Below the pieces are notes generated by a model. It searched no databases and was not told where the DNA came from. It was given only the letters and a program-made list of their open reading frames with translations. Shown here piece after piece: positions 18,134 through 26,378 of a stretch of DNA of 64,000 nt. The DNA comes from an uncultured Parachlamydiaceae bacterium (GTDB lineage Bacteria > Chlamydiota > Chlamydiia > Chlamydiales > Parachlamydiaceae). Location: NCBI GenBank assembly GCA_963742415.1, contig CAVULX010000004.1, positions 256,001-320,000 on the forward strand, in the 5' to 3' direction. Both the position numbers and the translations under genes were made by a program. Position 1 is the stretch's first letter. The number at the start of each line of letters is the position of its first letter.

Positions 18134-20818
18134 TTATAATATTTTAATTGTACCGGCTTTGCCATCCATTTGCACTTTCATGCCGGTCTGCAATTTTTTC
18201 GTTAAGCTTGGAATCGATACAATAGCGGGGATCCCCATTTCCCGGGCGACGATAGCAGAATGGGACAGCAAGCTTCCCCTTTCGACTAAGAGTCCGGAAA
18301 TGCTGGGATAAAGGGGAACCCAACCGGGATCGGTGCGGTGAGTCACCAAGATTTCTCCGTTCAATGTCAAATCATCATCGGGAGAAGACACGACTTTAAT
18401 GATCCCTTCCACGATCCCCGGGCAACAGGGTAATCCTTTCAAATCATAATCGCCGTTTATTTGCTGTTGAGGAGGGGGCTCTTCTTCAACTAAACAGCGG
18501 TTATTCCAATATACAGGGCCGCGCGTCATAAAGCGGGGTTTTACTTCCTCATCCTCGAATTTGGCATAATCTTCTTTTCTCAATTTCACGACAGGGGTGA
18601 GGTTGAAAGAGGTCAAAGTGCCATACTGGATTCCAAACACTTCATCCATGGTCAGATAAAAAATATCGTCGGCTCTTTCTAAGATCCCTCTGTTGGCCAA
18701 ATCCTCACCCATGGCTTGGAACATGGTCCTGGCAATGCCGTAGATGCGGGTCCGGGCAAAGCGGGTGTTTTCCCTGTTGCGCACCGCTTTGCGGGCATGT
18801 TTCAAGACCCAAAAGTAGAATTTCTGCTTCCATCCTTTCAAATGTCCAGAAACTTGCTCTTCGGCTTTTAAGCGCAATTGCTTCTCTCTTTGCTCATAAG
18901 CCACGAGGTTGGTATAGCCGGAACGGAGGTAATTCTTCAAACAGACAAAAAGATAGGATGGATCGGCGATAAGATCCCGCGCTTCTAATTTCATTTCGCT
19001 CATGCAGCGGAAGCCAAAACGGTCTAGATACTGATTGACTTGTTTAAAAAATTTGAGATGGGAAGACCTGGACAAGGCTTCATAAGTATCTTCGGCCGGT
19101 GTGGTTTCGATCAACGCCTTCAAGGCTGGATCTTTCGTAATGTCGTCCGCCATTTTAATCAGAACTTTTGTGGGCTCTGCGCTTTCGAGGTTGCCTTCCC
19201 CTGCGATCAGATCATTTTGAACGTTGGGATCCAGGTCGGACAGCCACTGTGTTGTTAACTTGCGCAGAAGGCCAAAGTGGACCATGCATAAAAAGTCGTT
19301 GATGATCGGGGCATGCCAACGGTTGAACATGTTCCGTTCCAATTCTAGATAGACCCGCAAGATCTCATCGCTCCGCATCTGGGCGTAATTTTTTTTCCGG
19401 TAGTTTTGATATTCTCGATCAAAATCGTGCAGAAAACGATCCACCTTTCTTTGAATGGTGAAGTGGTAATAGAGAAATTTAAGACCGGTGCAAAATTTTC
19501 TCCATTTACCTTTCCCAGTTTCCCAAGAGGGGTGGGGTTTAATCCGCTGTGCAATTTCTTCTGAGAGGCTTTCGGATACTCCCATCATCGTTTCCATGAA
19601 TTCCCGATTTTGCTTAAAACCCGGCAAAACTCCGACGAGCTTATACCAATTGTACAAATTGTAATAGACCCGGCCGTGAATGCAGCCGAGCATATGGGAG
19701 AGATAGTCATCCATTTCCCTGACGATTGAGGGGGGAACGCTTAATATTTCGCAAAACTGTTGGTAGACATTGTGGTAGTTCCGCAAGGCGAAAGTAAACG
19801 AGAGTGGAAGGGTTAATCCCCCATAGCTTTCGACAATGTTGGAATTATCCCAAAGGTTTGGATAACCCTGCGGATTTTGATCCAAGGTTGTAACGGGGCG
19901 TGTTTGGAGCAAGTAGAGGGTTCCATTTTCGAAGGCCCATTCGATATCTTGGGGAAAACGGTAGTATTTATCCACTTGTTGCCCTAGCTTGTAGAGCATC
20001 GTCAATTCAACGTCATGCAATGCAGGTGAGCCCTGCTGTGCTTTATCTACAGGCTTTCGGACAACATGTCCGGCTTCTCCACGCCGCATCGCTTCCGTTT
20101 TGTTTGCGATTTCAGTTTTGGTAACGGAGCCGGTGATGGCATCGAGCCAATAATTGTCTGCATCCAAGGCCCCGGAAACCAGCCCTTCGCCGACGCCGTA
20201 GACGGCTGAAATCAAGTATCGATTGGTTTTTTTTTCGATAGGATCGCAGGTAAAAAGCACTCCGGCGCGGTCAGCATCTACCATCCGTTGAAAAATTACC
20301 GCGACAGCTGCTTCTAAAGGATCCAATCCATTTTCCCGCCGATAAATCAAGCACCGCTCGGAAAATGTCGACGCCCAACATTTTTTTAGGAATAGGCACG
20401 CCTCATCCACATTGCTCACATATAAAAAGCTGGAAAGCTGGCCAGCAAAGGAGTGGTGAACTCCGTCTTCATCGGCGGCTGAAGAACGGACGGAGAAAGT
20501 CCCTTCATTCCCGACTGTTTTGACAGCTTCGGCTACGGCTACAATAATGTGAGGGGGGAGTTCTTGAGCTAGAAATAGTGCTTCGATGGTATGTGAGATT
20601 TCGGCCGGGGAGATCATCCCTTTTTTCATTTCGGTTAGTAGATCTTTGAGTTTTTGGTCTAACCCGGTTTTTGCGAGAAACGTTTCAAAATATCTGCGCC
20701 CTAAAATCACCCAGGGAGGGACAGTTAGCCCTTGATTTGACATCAGATAAAGGTTATATCCTTTGCCTCCGGATTCCCTTCTTGCAAAGTTTTGTGACGA
20801 TTCTTTTGTGACTAACAT
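18134..20818 (-). CDS. PEP-synthase-family phosphotransferase (ATP-grasp, substrate domain, phospho-His swivel; rifampicin-phosphotransferase-like architecture)
   Basis: GGKG, VRSSAADED, SFAGQ, QDIEWA, LQTRPVT, TDPGW, GSLLSHSAIVAREMGIP. Confidence 0.9.
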   Translation of the reverse strand: MLVTKESSQNFARRESGGKGYNLYLMSNQGLTVPPWVILGRRYFETFLAKTGLDQKLKDLLTEMKKGMISPAEISHTIEALFLAQELPPHIIVAVAEAVKTVGNEGTFSVRSSAADEDGVHHSFAGQLSSFLYVSNVDEACLFLKKCWASTFSERCLIYRRENGLDPLEAAVAVIFQRMVDADRAGVLFTCDPIEKKTNRYLISAVYGVGEGLVSGALDADNYWLDAITGSVTKTEIANKTEAMRRGEAGHVVRKPVDKAQQGSPALHDVELTMLYKLGQQVDKYYRFPQDIEWAFENGTLYLLQTRPVTTLDQNPQGYPNLWDNSNIVESYGGLTLPLSFTFALRNYHNVYQQFCEILSVPPSIVREMDDYLSHMLGCIHGRVYYNLYNWYKLVGVLPGFKQNREFMETMMGVSESLSEEIAQRIKPHPSWETGKGKWRKFCTGLKFLYYHFTIQRKVDRFLHDFDREYQNYRKKNYAQMRSDEILRVYLELERNMFNRWHAPIINDFLCMVHFGLLRKLTTQWLSDLDPNVQNDLIAGEGNLESAEPTKVLIKMADDITKDPALKALIETTPAEDTYEALSRSSHLKFFKQVNQYLDRFGFRCMSEMKLEARDLIADPSYLFVCLKNYLRSGYTNLVAYEQREKQLRLKAEEQVSGHLKGWKQKFYFWVLKHARKAVRNRENTRFARTRIYGIARTMFQAMGEDLANRGILERADDIFYLTMDEVFGIQYGTLTSFNLTPVVKLRKEDYAKFEDEEVKPRFMTRGPVYWNNRCLVEEEPPPQQQINGDYDLKGLPCCPGIVEGIIKVVSSPDDDLTLNGEILVTHRTDPGWVPLYPSISGLLVERGSLLSHSAIVAREMGIPAIVSIPSLTKKLQTGMKVQMDGKAGTIKIL

Positions 20819-20838
20819 AGTTTATATTTCCTAATGTG

Positions 20839-21066
20839 TTATGCCGTCCTTACAGGACTCCATCTTTGTATAATTCCCACCCAGGCCTTCGCTTCGCTCG
20901 ACCTGGGCTATAATATTTTGGCCTTTCAGGCCTCCTATAGCTCCGAAGGCGTTTTTTCGTAACTAGTTTCACGGCCCAGCGGGCCGAAATACCATAGCCC
21001 AGGTCGAGCGAAGCGAAGGCCTGGGTGGGAATTATACAAAGATGGAGTCCTGTAAGGACGGCATAA
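20839..21066. repeat. REP/REPIN-like element: perfect 73-bp inverted arms with internal hairpins
   Basis: 20839-20911 is the reverse complement of 20994-21066. Each arm contains gtcct-tac-aggac and cccagg...cctggg stems. Confidence 0.92.
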
Positions 21067-21074
21067 AAAATCAC

Positions 21075-21944
21075 TCATTGCAACATAATAGCAAAAAAAT
21101 AAAGGAGAAAAAGGGTGCTCATGTTTCGAAACACCTTTGCAGAATTCTTATCCTTGACAATACCTAGGTAGAGACTGGCCGCCAATAAAATAAGGAGTCC
21201 TACGCAGAGTAGCGGCAAGCTTGAGGGGAGCATCAACCCAGCAAGCAGCGTTCCGACCAAGGCTTGGCTCAGGCTTAAAGCAAGAGCTCCCCAAACTCCA
21301 TAAAGGGAAGAATAGCTTTCCACATCAGACCTTTCTTCTCCAGGAGCAAAGGTTTTTCGAGCGAATTCAAATAAATTGAACAGGCTCCAATTCATCAATC
21401 CTGTCAGAAGCAAAAGGGGAGGAAACTGCCAGATAGGCTTTGAGATGATGATTGTGATCAAAGCATAGCCTAAGAAGGCAGAAACCAAGGTGTGCGTAAT
21501 GGCGTAGAGCGTCAAGTGGGGGCGCAGCCATTTTCCGATAAAAAATTCCTTGTACATCAGGAGGCTGTACCCAATGGCCACGAGTTGCGTGAACAGCGCG
21601 TAGATTCCAATCCAACCGGCCAAAATCACTTCGAAGGCGATGAGATATAAACTGCTGTTCCAAACTTGCCCTGGGGTTAAAACCCCGCGTGCCAAGGGGC
21701 GTTGAGGATTATGCTTAAGGTCGGTTTCATAATCTTTAATTTCATCATAGAACCGGAGCCGGAGAAAAAAGGAGAGGGCGAGGACAAAAGCTGCTGCATA
21801 AGAGAGCCAAGAAGTTTTGGCCCCAGTCAGGTGTTGCGCAATCACTCCATTCCCCCCGACAAAGAAAAAGATCATCGGGATCATCGCTAGAGGGGGAAAC
21901 CGCTCTTTGATAAAAGTCCACCAATTTGAATTAAGACAAAGCAT
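21075..21944 (-). CDS. UbiA-family prenyltransferase
   Basis: Asp-rich YDEIKDYETD, NPQRPLARG, multiple TMs. Confidence 0.85.
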   Translation of the reverse strand: MLCLNSNWWTFIKERFPPLAMIPMIFFFVGGNGVIAQHLTGAKTSWLSYAAAFVLALSFFLRLRFYDEIKDYETDLKHNPQRPLARGVLTPGQVWNSSLYLIAFEVILAGWIGIYALFTQLVAIGYSLLMYKEFFIGKWLRPHLTLYAITHTLVSAFLGYALITIIISKPIWQFPPLLLLTGLMNWSLFNLFEFARKTFAPGEERSDVESYSSLYGVWGALALSLSQALVGTLLAGLMLPSSLPLLCVGLLILLAASLYLGIVKDKNSAKVFRNMSTLFLLYFFAIMLQ

Positions 21945-23646
21945 CCACGGTATCCTCTTTGAGTAATTTTTCCCGCAAAATGGTGTATTCTACTTTGCTG
22001 TGATGGCGTGGATCCATCGGGATGGCATCGACAAAATAGATAGAATCAACCGGGATCTTATTTTTAGCAAAAACCCTTTTAATTTCTTGGGTGGAAAGAG
22101 CTTCATCACTTCCTGGCTGCAGCACCACCGCCACGGTATTTCGTTCATTTAATACAGGATCTGGCATCCCCAAGAAAGCAGCTTGTTTAACAAACGGAAA
22201 TCGTTTTAAGATGACTTCTGCGGTCACGGGAAAATAGTATTTATTTTCCCGGATGATCACATTATGGATCCGGCCGACAATCCAAAGGCACCCCTTCTTA
22301 TCCTCAAAAGCAAGATCGCCCGTGCGGTGCCAGATTTTCCCTTTTTCATCCACAATTTTGGCGCGGCGAAAGGCTTCTTCGTTGTTGTAGTAATCGCGGC
22401 AGACATGATCTCCCGTTACAATAAATTCCCCCACTTGCCCTTTGGGGACTTCCAAGTCGCGCAGATGGATTTTGGTACCATCAATGGGGTTTTTGTTTAT
22501 TTTCAGAAATTTGTATTCGAGGTCGTCGCTAATATGGCCCACATTGACCCCTTCTTCTACGATATCAGGATCGGAATGGGAAGTGACCGATAACATCTCT
22601 TTACCTTCAATGTGTGCCATCGGCTCCACCTCAGTAGAACCATATAAAATCCAAATTTGGGCATGGGGAGCTATTTCATAAAAGGCTTTAACATCATCAC
22701 GGCTGATCGGGGCCCCTCCCGTAACTACCCGTCGCAAAGTTTTTAGGGTCAGCTGATGTTCTTTGCAATAAGCGGATAAATGATTGAACATCGATGGGGA
22801 AAGCGTAGCGCAGGTTACCCCTTCATTCAGGATCTGGCAAGCTAAGAGGGCTGAATCTTTATCTGAAGGTTGGGCCAAATTCAATGCAGGAAGAATCGTG
22901 GTCACTCCGGCAGCCAAATTATTCAACGAAAAAATGGGGAAGGCAGGGAGGTCTCTATCTTTTTCGGTATAGGGAATCACTTTATCCAAAGCTTCATGCT
23001 GTGCTGAAAGGAACCGATGGGTCCGGTTTGCCCCTTTAGGCTTCCCTGAACTTCCTGTTGTAAAAGTGATCAAAGCTGTAGTTTCCGATTGAACGGGGGC
23101 AATTGGGGCTTCGCGGGGTGTCCCCATCAATTTCTCTAGCGTCGCGTCATAATGCTCTTGGGGACCAGGACCTGCTAAGATCCGATACTTTAAGCTCTTA
23201 AATTCAGGGATATTCTGAATAAGATCGAAGGCCGCTTGGTGGCTAATCATGCCGACAGCTTGAACACATTCTGCGGTGGCTCCAAGGTGGTGTGCGCGAG
23301 CCCAAGAGTCTAAAAATACAGCGATAGCTCCGATCCGCTGGACAGCAAACATCGCGGCATACATTCCGAGACCCATCGGTAAAAAAATGATGATCCGATC
23401 CCCCTTTTTAACACCAAGCTCCAGCAATCCTTGAGCTGTGCGGCTGATTAAAATGGCGAAATTATGGTAATTGACCGAGTGGTGCTGGAGTTTATCACGG
23501 GGATTTCCATCCCAAGAGGAGAGGGCTTTTGCGTCTGCCCAGCTAAGTGCTAGCCGTTCAGGAAAATCTTTAAGATGTTGTTCCATGTAAGTGATGACAT
23601 TATTCAAAACGCTTTCGCCTGACTGATAACCTATTCTGGCATTCAT
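21931..23646 (-). CDS. AMP-dependent ligase, OleC-like
   Basis: FTTGSSGKPKG, YGSTEVEP, WHRTGD, C-terminal PMDPRHHSKV. Confidence 0.88.
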   Translation of the reverse strand: MNARIGYQSGESVLNNVITYMEQHLKDFPERLALSWADAKALSSWDGNPRDKLQHHSVNYHNFAILISRTAQGLLELGVKKGDRIIIFLPMGLGMYAAMFAVQRIGAIAVFLDSWARAHHLGATAECVQAVGMISHQAAFDLIQNIPEFKSLKYRILAGPGPQEHYDATLEKLMGTPREAPIAPVQSETTALITFTTGSSGKPKGANRTHRFLSAQHEALDKVIPYTEKDRDLPAFPIFSLNNLAAGVTTILPALNLAQPSDKDSALLACQILNEGVTCATLSPSMFNHLSAYCKEHQLTLKTLRRVVTGGAPISRDDVKAFYEIAPHAQIWILYGSTEVEPMAHIEGKEMLSVTSHSDPDIVEEGVNVGHISDDLEYKFLKINKNPIDGTKIHLRDLEVPKGQVGEFIVTGDHVCRDYYNNEEAFRRAKIVDEKGKIWHRTGDLAFEDKKGCLWIVGRIHNVIIRENKYYFPVTAEVILKRFPFVKQAAFLGMPDPVLNERNTVAVVLQPGSDEALSTQEIKRVFAKNKIPVDSIYFVDAIPMDPRHHSKVEYTILREKLLKEDTVDALS

Positions 23647-23659
23647 CGTTCACCTCAAT

Positions 23660-24379
23660 TTATTGAAATATTTTTACAATTTCTTCGATGACTTTGTTGG
23701 GATGGGTCCACGGAAGGGCGTGGCCGGCTGTAGGAATATTTTTCACATTGACATTGCCCAATTTACTTAAGATTGCCATTTGCTTTGCAGGGGGAGCGGA
23801 TTGGTCCTTTTCCCCGAAAAGAACTCTGATGGGGGTGTTGGATTTCGTTAACTGAACTGAAAGAGGATTTGCGAGCATAAGTTTTTTATAGGCGGCTCCA
23901 GCTCTCCATACTTGCGCATGGGACAAATAAGTTTTAAGTTGATTTCCCACTTCTTCCGAGGGGATCTCAGGCTCAAAAGTTTTTTGTATAAAAGCCGCGG
24001 CCATCTTGCGGCTGCGCATTTTTAAAGCGAGGGTTCCGAATAAGGGGATTTTTAAAGCTGTGGTCAAACAGTTAGGCAGCGGTTTTTCGTCTATCAACAG
24101 GGGATTCACTAAGACCAAACCGGCCACATTTTCAGGAAAGCGGTTCAGATAGGCCATGGCAAGATAGGCACCCCAAGAATAAGCCGCAATTCCAAAAGGG
24201 CCTCCTCCCGAAACTTTAGCTGTTGCGTTGATACTTTGAATTAAAGATTCCAATTTGCAATTTTTTAATAATCGTTTGTGGATGATCGGGTTAATCCCTT
24301 GGGCTTGTAAAGGGGCGATCAAAGGTTCAAACTCTTGCCCTTGCAAAGGGTTGCCATGCAGGCAAATCAACATTTTCAT
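23660..24379 (-). CDS. Alpha/beta hydrolase
   Basis: HGNP oxyanion motif, AYSWG nucleophile elbow, GEKD, GHALPW. Confidence 0.85.
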   Translation of the reverse strand: MKMLICLHGNPLQGQEFEPLIAPLQAQGINPIIHKRLLKNCKLESLIQSINATAKVSGGGPFGIAAYSWGAYLAMAYLNRFPENVAGLVLVNPLLIDEKPLPNCLTTALKIPLFGTLALKMRSRKMAAAFIQKTFEPEIPSEEVGNQLKTYLSHAQVWRAGAAYKKLMLANPLSVQLTKSNTPIRVLFGEKDQSAPPAKQMAILSKLGNVNVKNIPTAGHALPWTHPNKVIEEIVKIFQ

Positions 24380-25113
24380 AATAAGAGTCCTTTTAGTCTA
24401 AAAGACTTGATATCTTTAAACGAGGGCGTCTTTCGCATTTTTATTTCACCGGTAGAGATGTTTGGGGTCCCTTCCGGCATTCCATTTGTTTCAATTTGGC
24501 TTAAAAGTTTTTTTAAGGTCTCGCATTCGAGGCGAGAGGCCTTGTGAATATAATCGATAAAATCATTTTCCCCATTTTTCGAAGCAACGACCCTCTCCAA
24601 TATTTTTCCATCATCGATTTTTTGGTTCATCTTGTGGATTGTAAAACCCGCGGGCTGGTTTTCAGCCAAAGCCCACAAATCACACATCAACCCCCGTTGC
24701 TCAGGCAATAAGCCGTGATGAATATTAAGGCATCCAAGCGGCGGTTGTTTTAAAATTGGTTCCTTATAAAGGTAACGTGTGCGGGCGTTAACGACAAGAT
24801 CAAACTGATGATTACGGAGGAGAGCCAAGGCTTGTTCGCAGTTAATCGTATCCAAAAACCAGACGGGTTTATTGAGTGCATTGTAAGTCTTTAACCGTTT
24901 CGATGAACGGGAGAAGGAGTTGCGGATCAATGTCTTACCAAAGCGAGGAGCTCCTGCCAAGATGAGCGTTAGCCCCTTAAAGAACAGCTTAAGATTGCCA
25001 TTGCGGAGAATTAACAATCCCCCTATTTGGGGGCAGTCGGCCATGCCGCAAATCATTTCATCATAATTGTCCGGAACAAAGGTTATTTCGGACGTAACCA
25101 AAAGAGTTTTCAC
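24376..25113 (-). CDS. Formyltransferase-family protein
   Basis: LNIHHGLLPEQRG and GFTIHKMNQKIDDG (Asn/His/Asp triad). Confidence 0.85.
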   Translation of the reverse strand: MKTLLVTSEITFVPDNYDEMICGMADCPQIGGLLILRNGNLKLFFKGLTLILAGAPRFGKTLIRNSFSRSSKRLKTYNALNKPVWFLDTINCEQALALLRNHQFDLVVNARTRYLYKEPILKQPPLGCLNIHHGLLPEQRGLMCDLWALAENQPAGFTIHKMNQKIDDGKILERVVASKNGENDFIDYIHKASRLECETLKKLLSQIETNGMPEGTPNISTGEIKMRKTPSFKDIKSFRLKGLLL

Positions 25114-25120
25114 AAGAGCC

Positions 25121-26374
25121 TCAATAGTAGTGGGTCAGCCAAACAAAAATGCGGTCTTTTTTTCGATAAGGGCCAATATAACCACTGGTAGGGGTTCCCG
25201 ATCCAATGACCCCGGCTAAAATATCGGCTCTCAACTCTAATTCCCATGAATCTGAAATTTCCCAAGAAAATTTTGGCTGAATCCAACAATCGTAATTATT
25301 TAAACCATGATACAGGAAAACATCAATTTTGTATTGTTTATCTTTTCCAAATTCTTGGTAATATCTAAAGGAAGCGAAATAAAGGGTTTTTTCCCTCCAA
25401 TAATCGCTATGCAATTGAGCCCCGATCGAGGTCCCTTCATCGGTCGTATAATCTAATCCTAGAATGGTGCGCCAAACATTGCGCAGGCGCACGATGCCAA
25501 AGCGATGCACGGTCCACGGCTCATGCAGGTGAAAAACGGTGTCTCCTCTGAGGACGATTTTTTCAAAGGCTTTGCTAATGGTTGCTCCAAAAGTGCTGAT
25601 ATGCTTGAGTTCAGGTTTAACAACCGGCTTGCCGTCATGGGGTCCCACTTTATAGGCCGGATTTCGGTTCCAATGCCGCAGGTAAAAAACGGAAATATCA
25701 ATCCCAGATTCAAATAAATAATTTATTTTTATGCCGTATTCGACATCCTTTCCCCAGCGCCAAACAGAGAATTTGGAAGGGCCTAACAAGGGAAGGGCAT
25801 GGAAAGGTTCAGGAATCACATCGAAAGGGGAGTTTTTACCCGGGTAAAGATTGTTCATGGGAATAGGGGTCACTATGAGTTGCACTGTCCAAGGCTCATG
25901 GAAATATTGCCCATTGAACATGCAAACAGGGATCCGAATCCACCCCAAATCATTTAAAAAGGGGTCGGTATAGTCGCGGGGGTTAACTAAGTCAGCGATA
26001 TAAAGTCCAAAAGTTTCCCCCCAGGCGACTTCTTGAAAGCCGATCTTAATGCTCCAATTGTCGGTATTCCGCTCATAAAATAAAGAGCGGATCTCAAGAT
26101 CTTTTTTGTGCCCTCGGAAGTCATACCAGAGGCGAAACGAGGCTTCGTATAAGTTTAAGGAAGAACAAGCTGGATCTTCTTCGCTGCATTCGCTGCTATA
26201 AGATCCTTTGCCATGGAGATAAGGGCGGCTGCGGGTCATCCCATTTTCTTCAAAACCGCAGGCAAACTGATATCCCGAGTCGAATTCAGTTTTTACATCT
26301 TTCCATTCGAATCCTTCGCAGGGGCAAAAACTTAAAGCAAATAGGATGGTGATTTGAAATAAAAAGCAAAGCAT
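25121..26374 (-). CDS. Putative outer-membrane beta-barrel protein (DUF1302-like)
   Basis: Signal peptide, IGFQEVAWG...DLVNPRD, aromatic amphipathic strands, terminal aromatic residue. Confidence 0.7.
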   Translation of the reverse strand: MLCFLFQITILFALSFCPCEGFEWKDVKTEFDSGYQFACGFEENGMTRSRPYLHGKGSYSSECSEEDPACSSLNLYEASFRLWYDFRGHKKDLEIRSLFYERNTDNWSIKIGFQEVAWGETFGLYIADLVNPRDYTDPFLNDLGWIRIPVCMFNGQYFHEPWTVQLIVTPIPMNNLYPGKNSPFDVIPEPFHALPLLGPSKFSVWRWGKDVEYGIKINYLFESGIDISVFYLRHWNRNPAYKVGPHDGKPVVKPELKHISTFGATISKAFEKIVLRGDTVFHLHEPWTVHRFGIVRLRNVWRTILGLDYTTDEGTSIGAQLHSDYWREKTLYFASFRYYQEFGKDKQYKIDVFLYHGLNNYDCWIQPKFSWEISDSWELELRADILAGVIGSGTPTSGYIGPYRKKDRIFVWLTHYY

Positions 26375-26378
26375 GTTT

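Noticed and set aside
18134..20818. Calling this gene ppsA or rph (rifampicin resistance)
   Set aside because: The domain order is not that of PpsA. The biosynthetic operon context gives no support for resistance, and the substrate cannot be read from the sequence.
20850..21074. 74-aa ORF between UbiA and the kinase
   Set aside because: It lies almost entirely within the inverted-repeat element and has no protein-like features.
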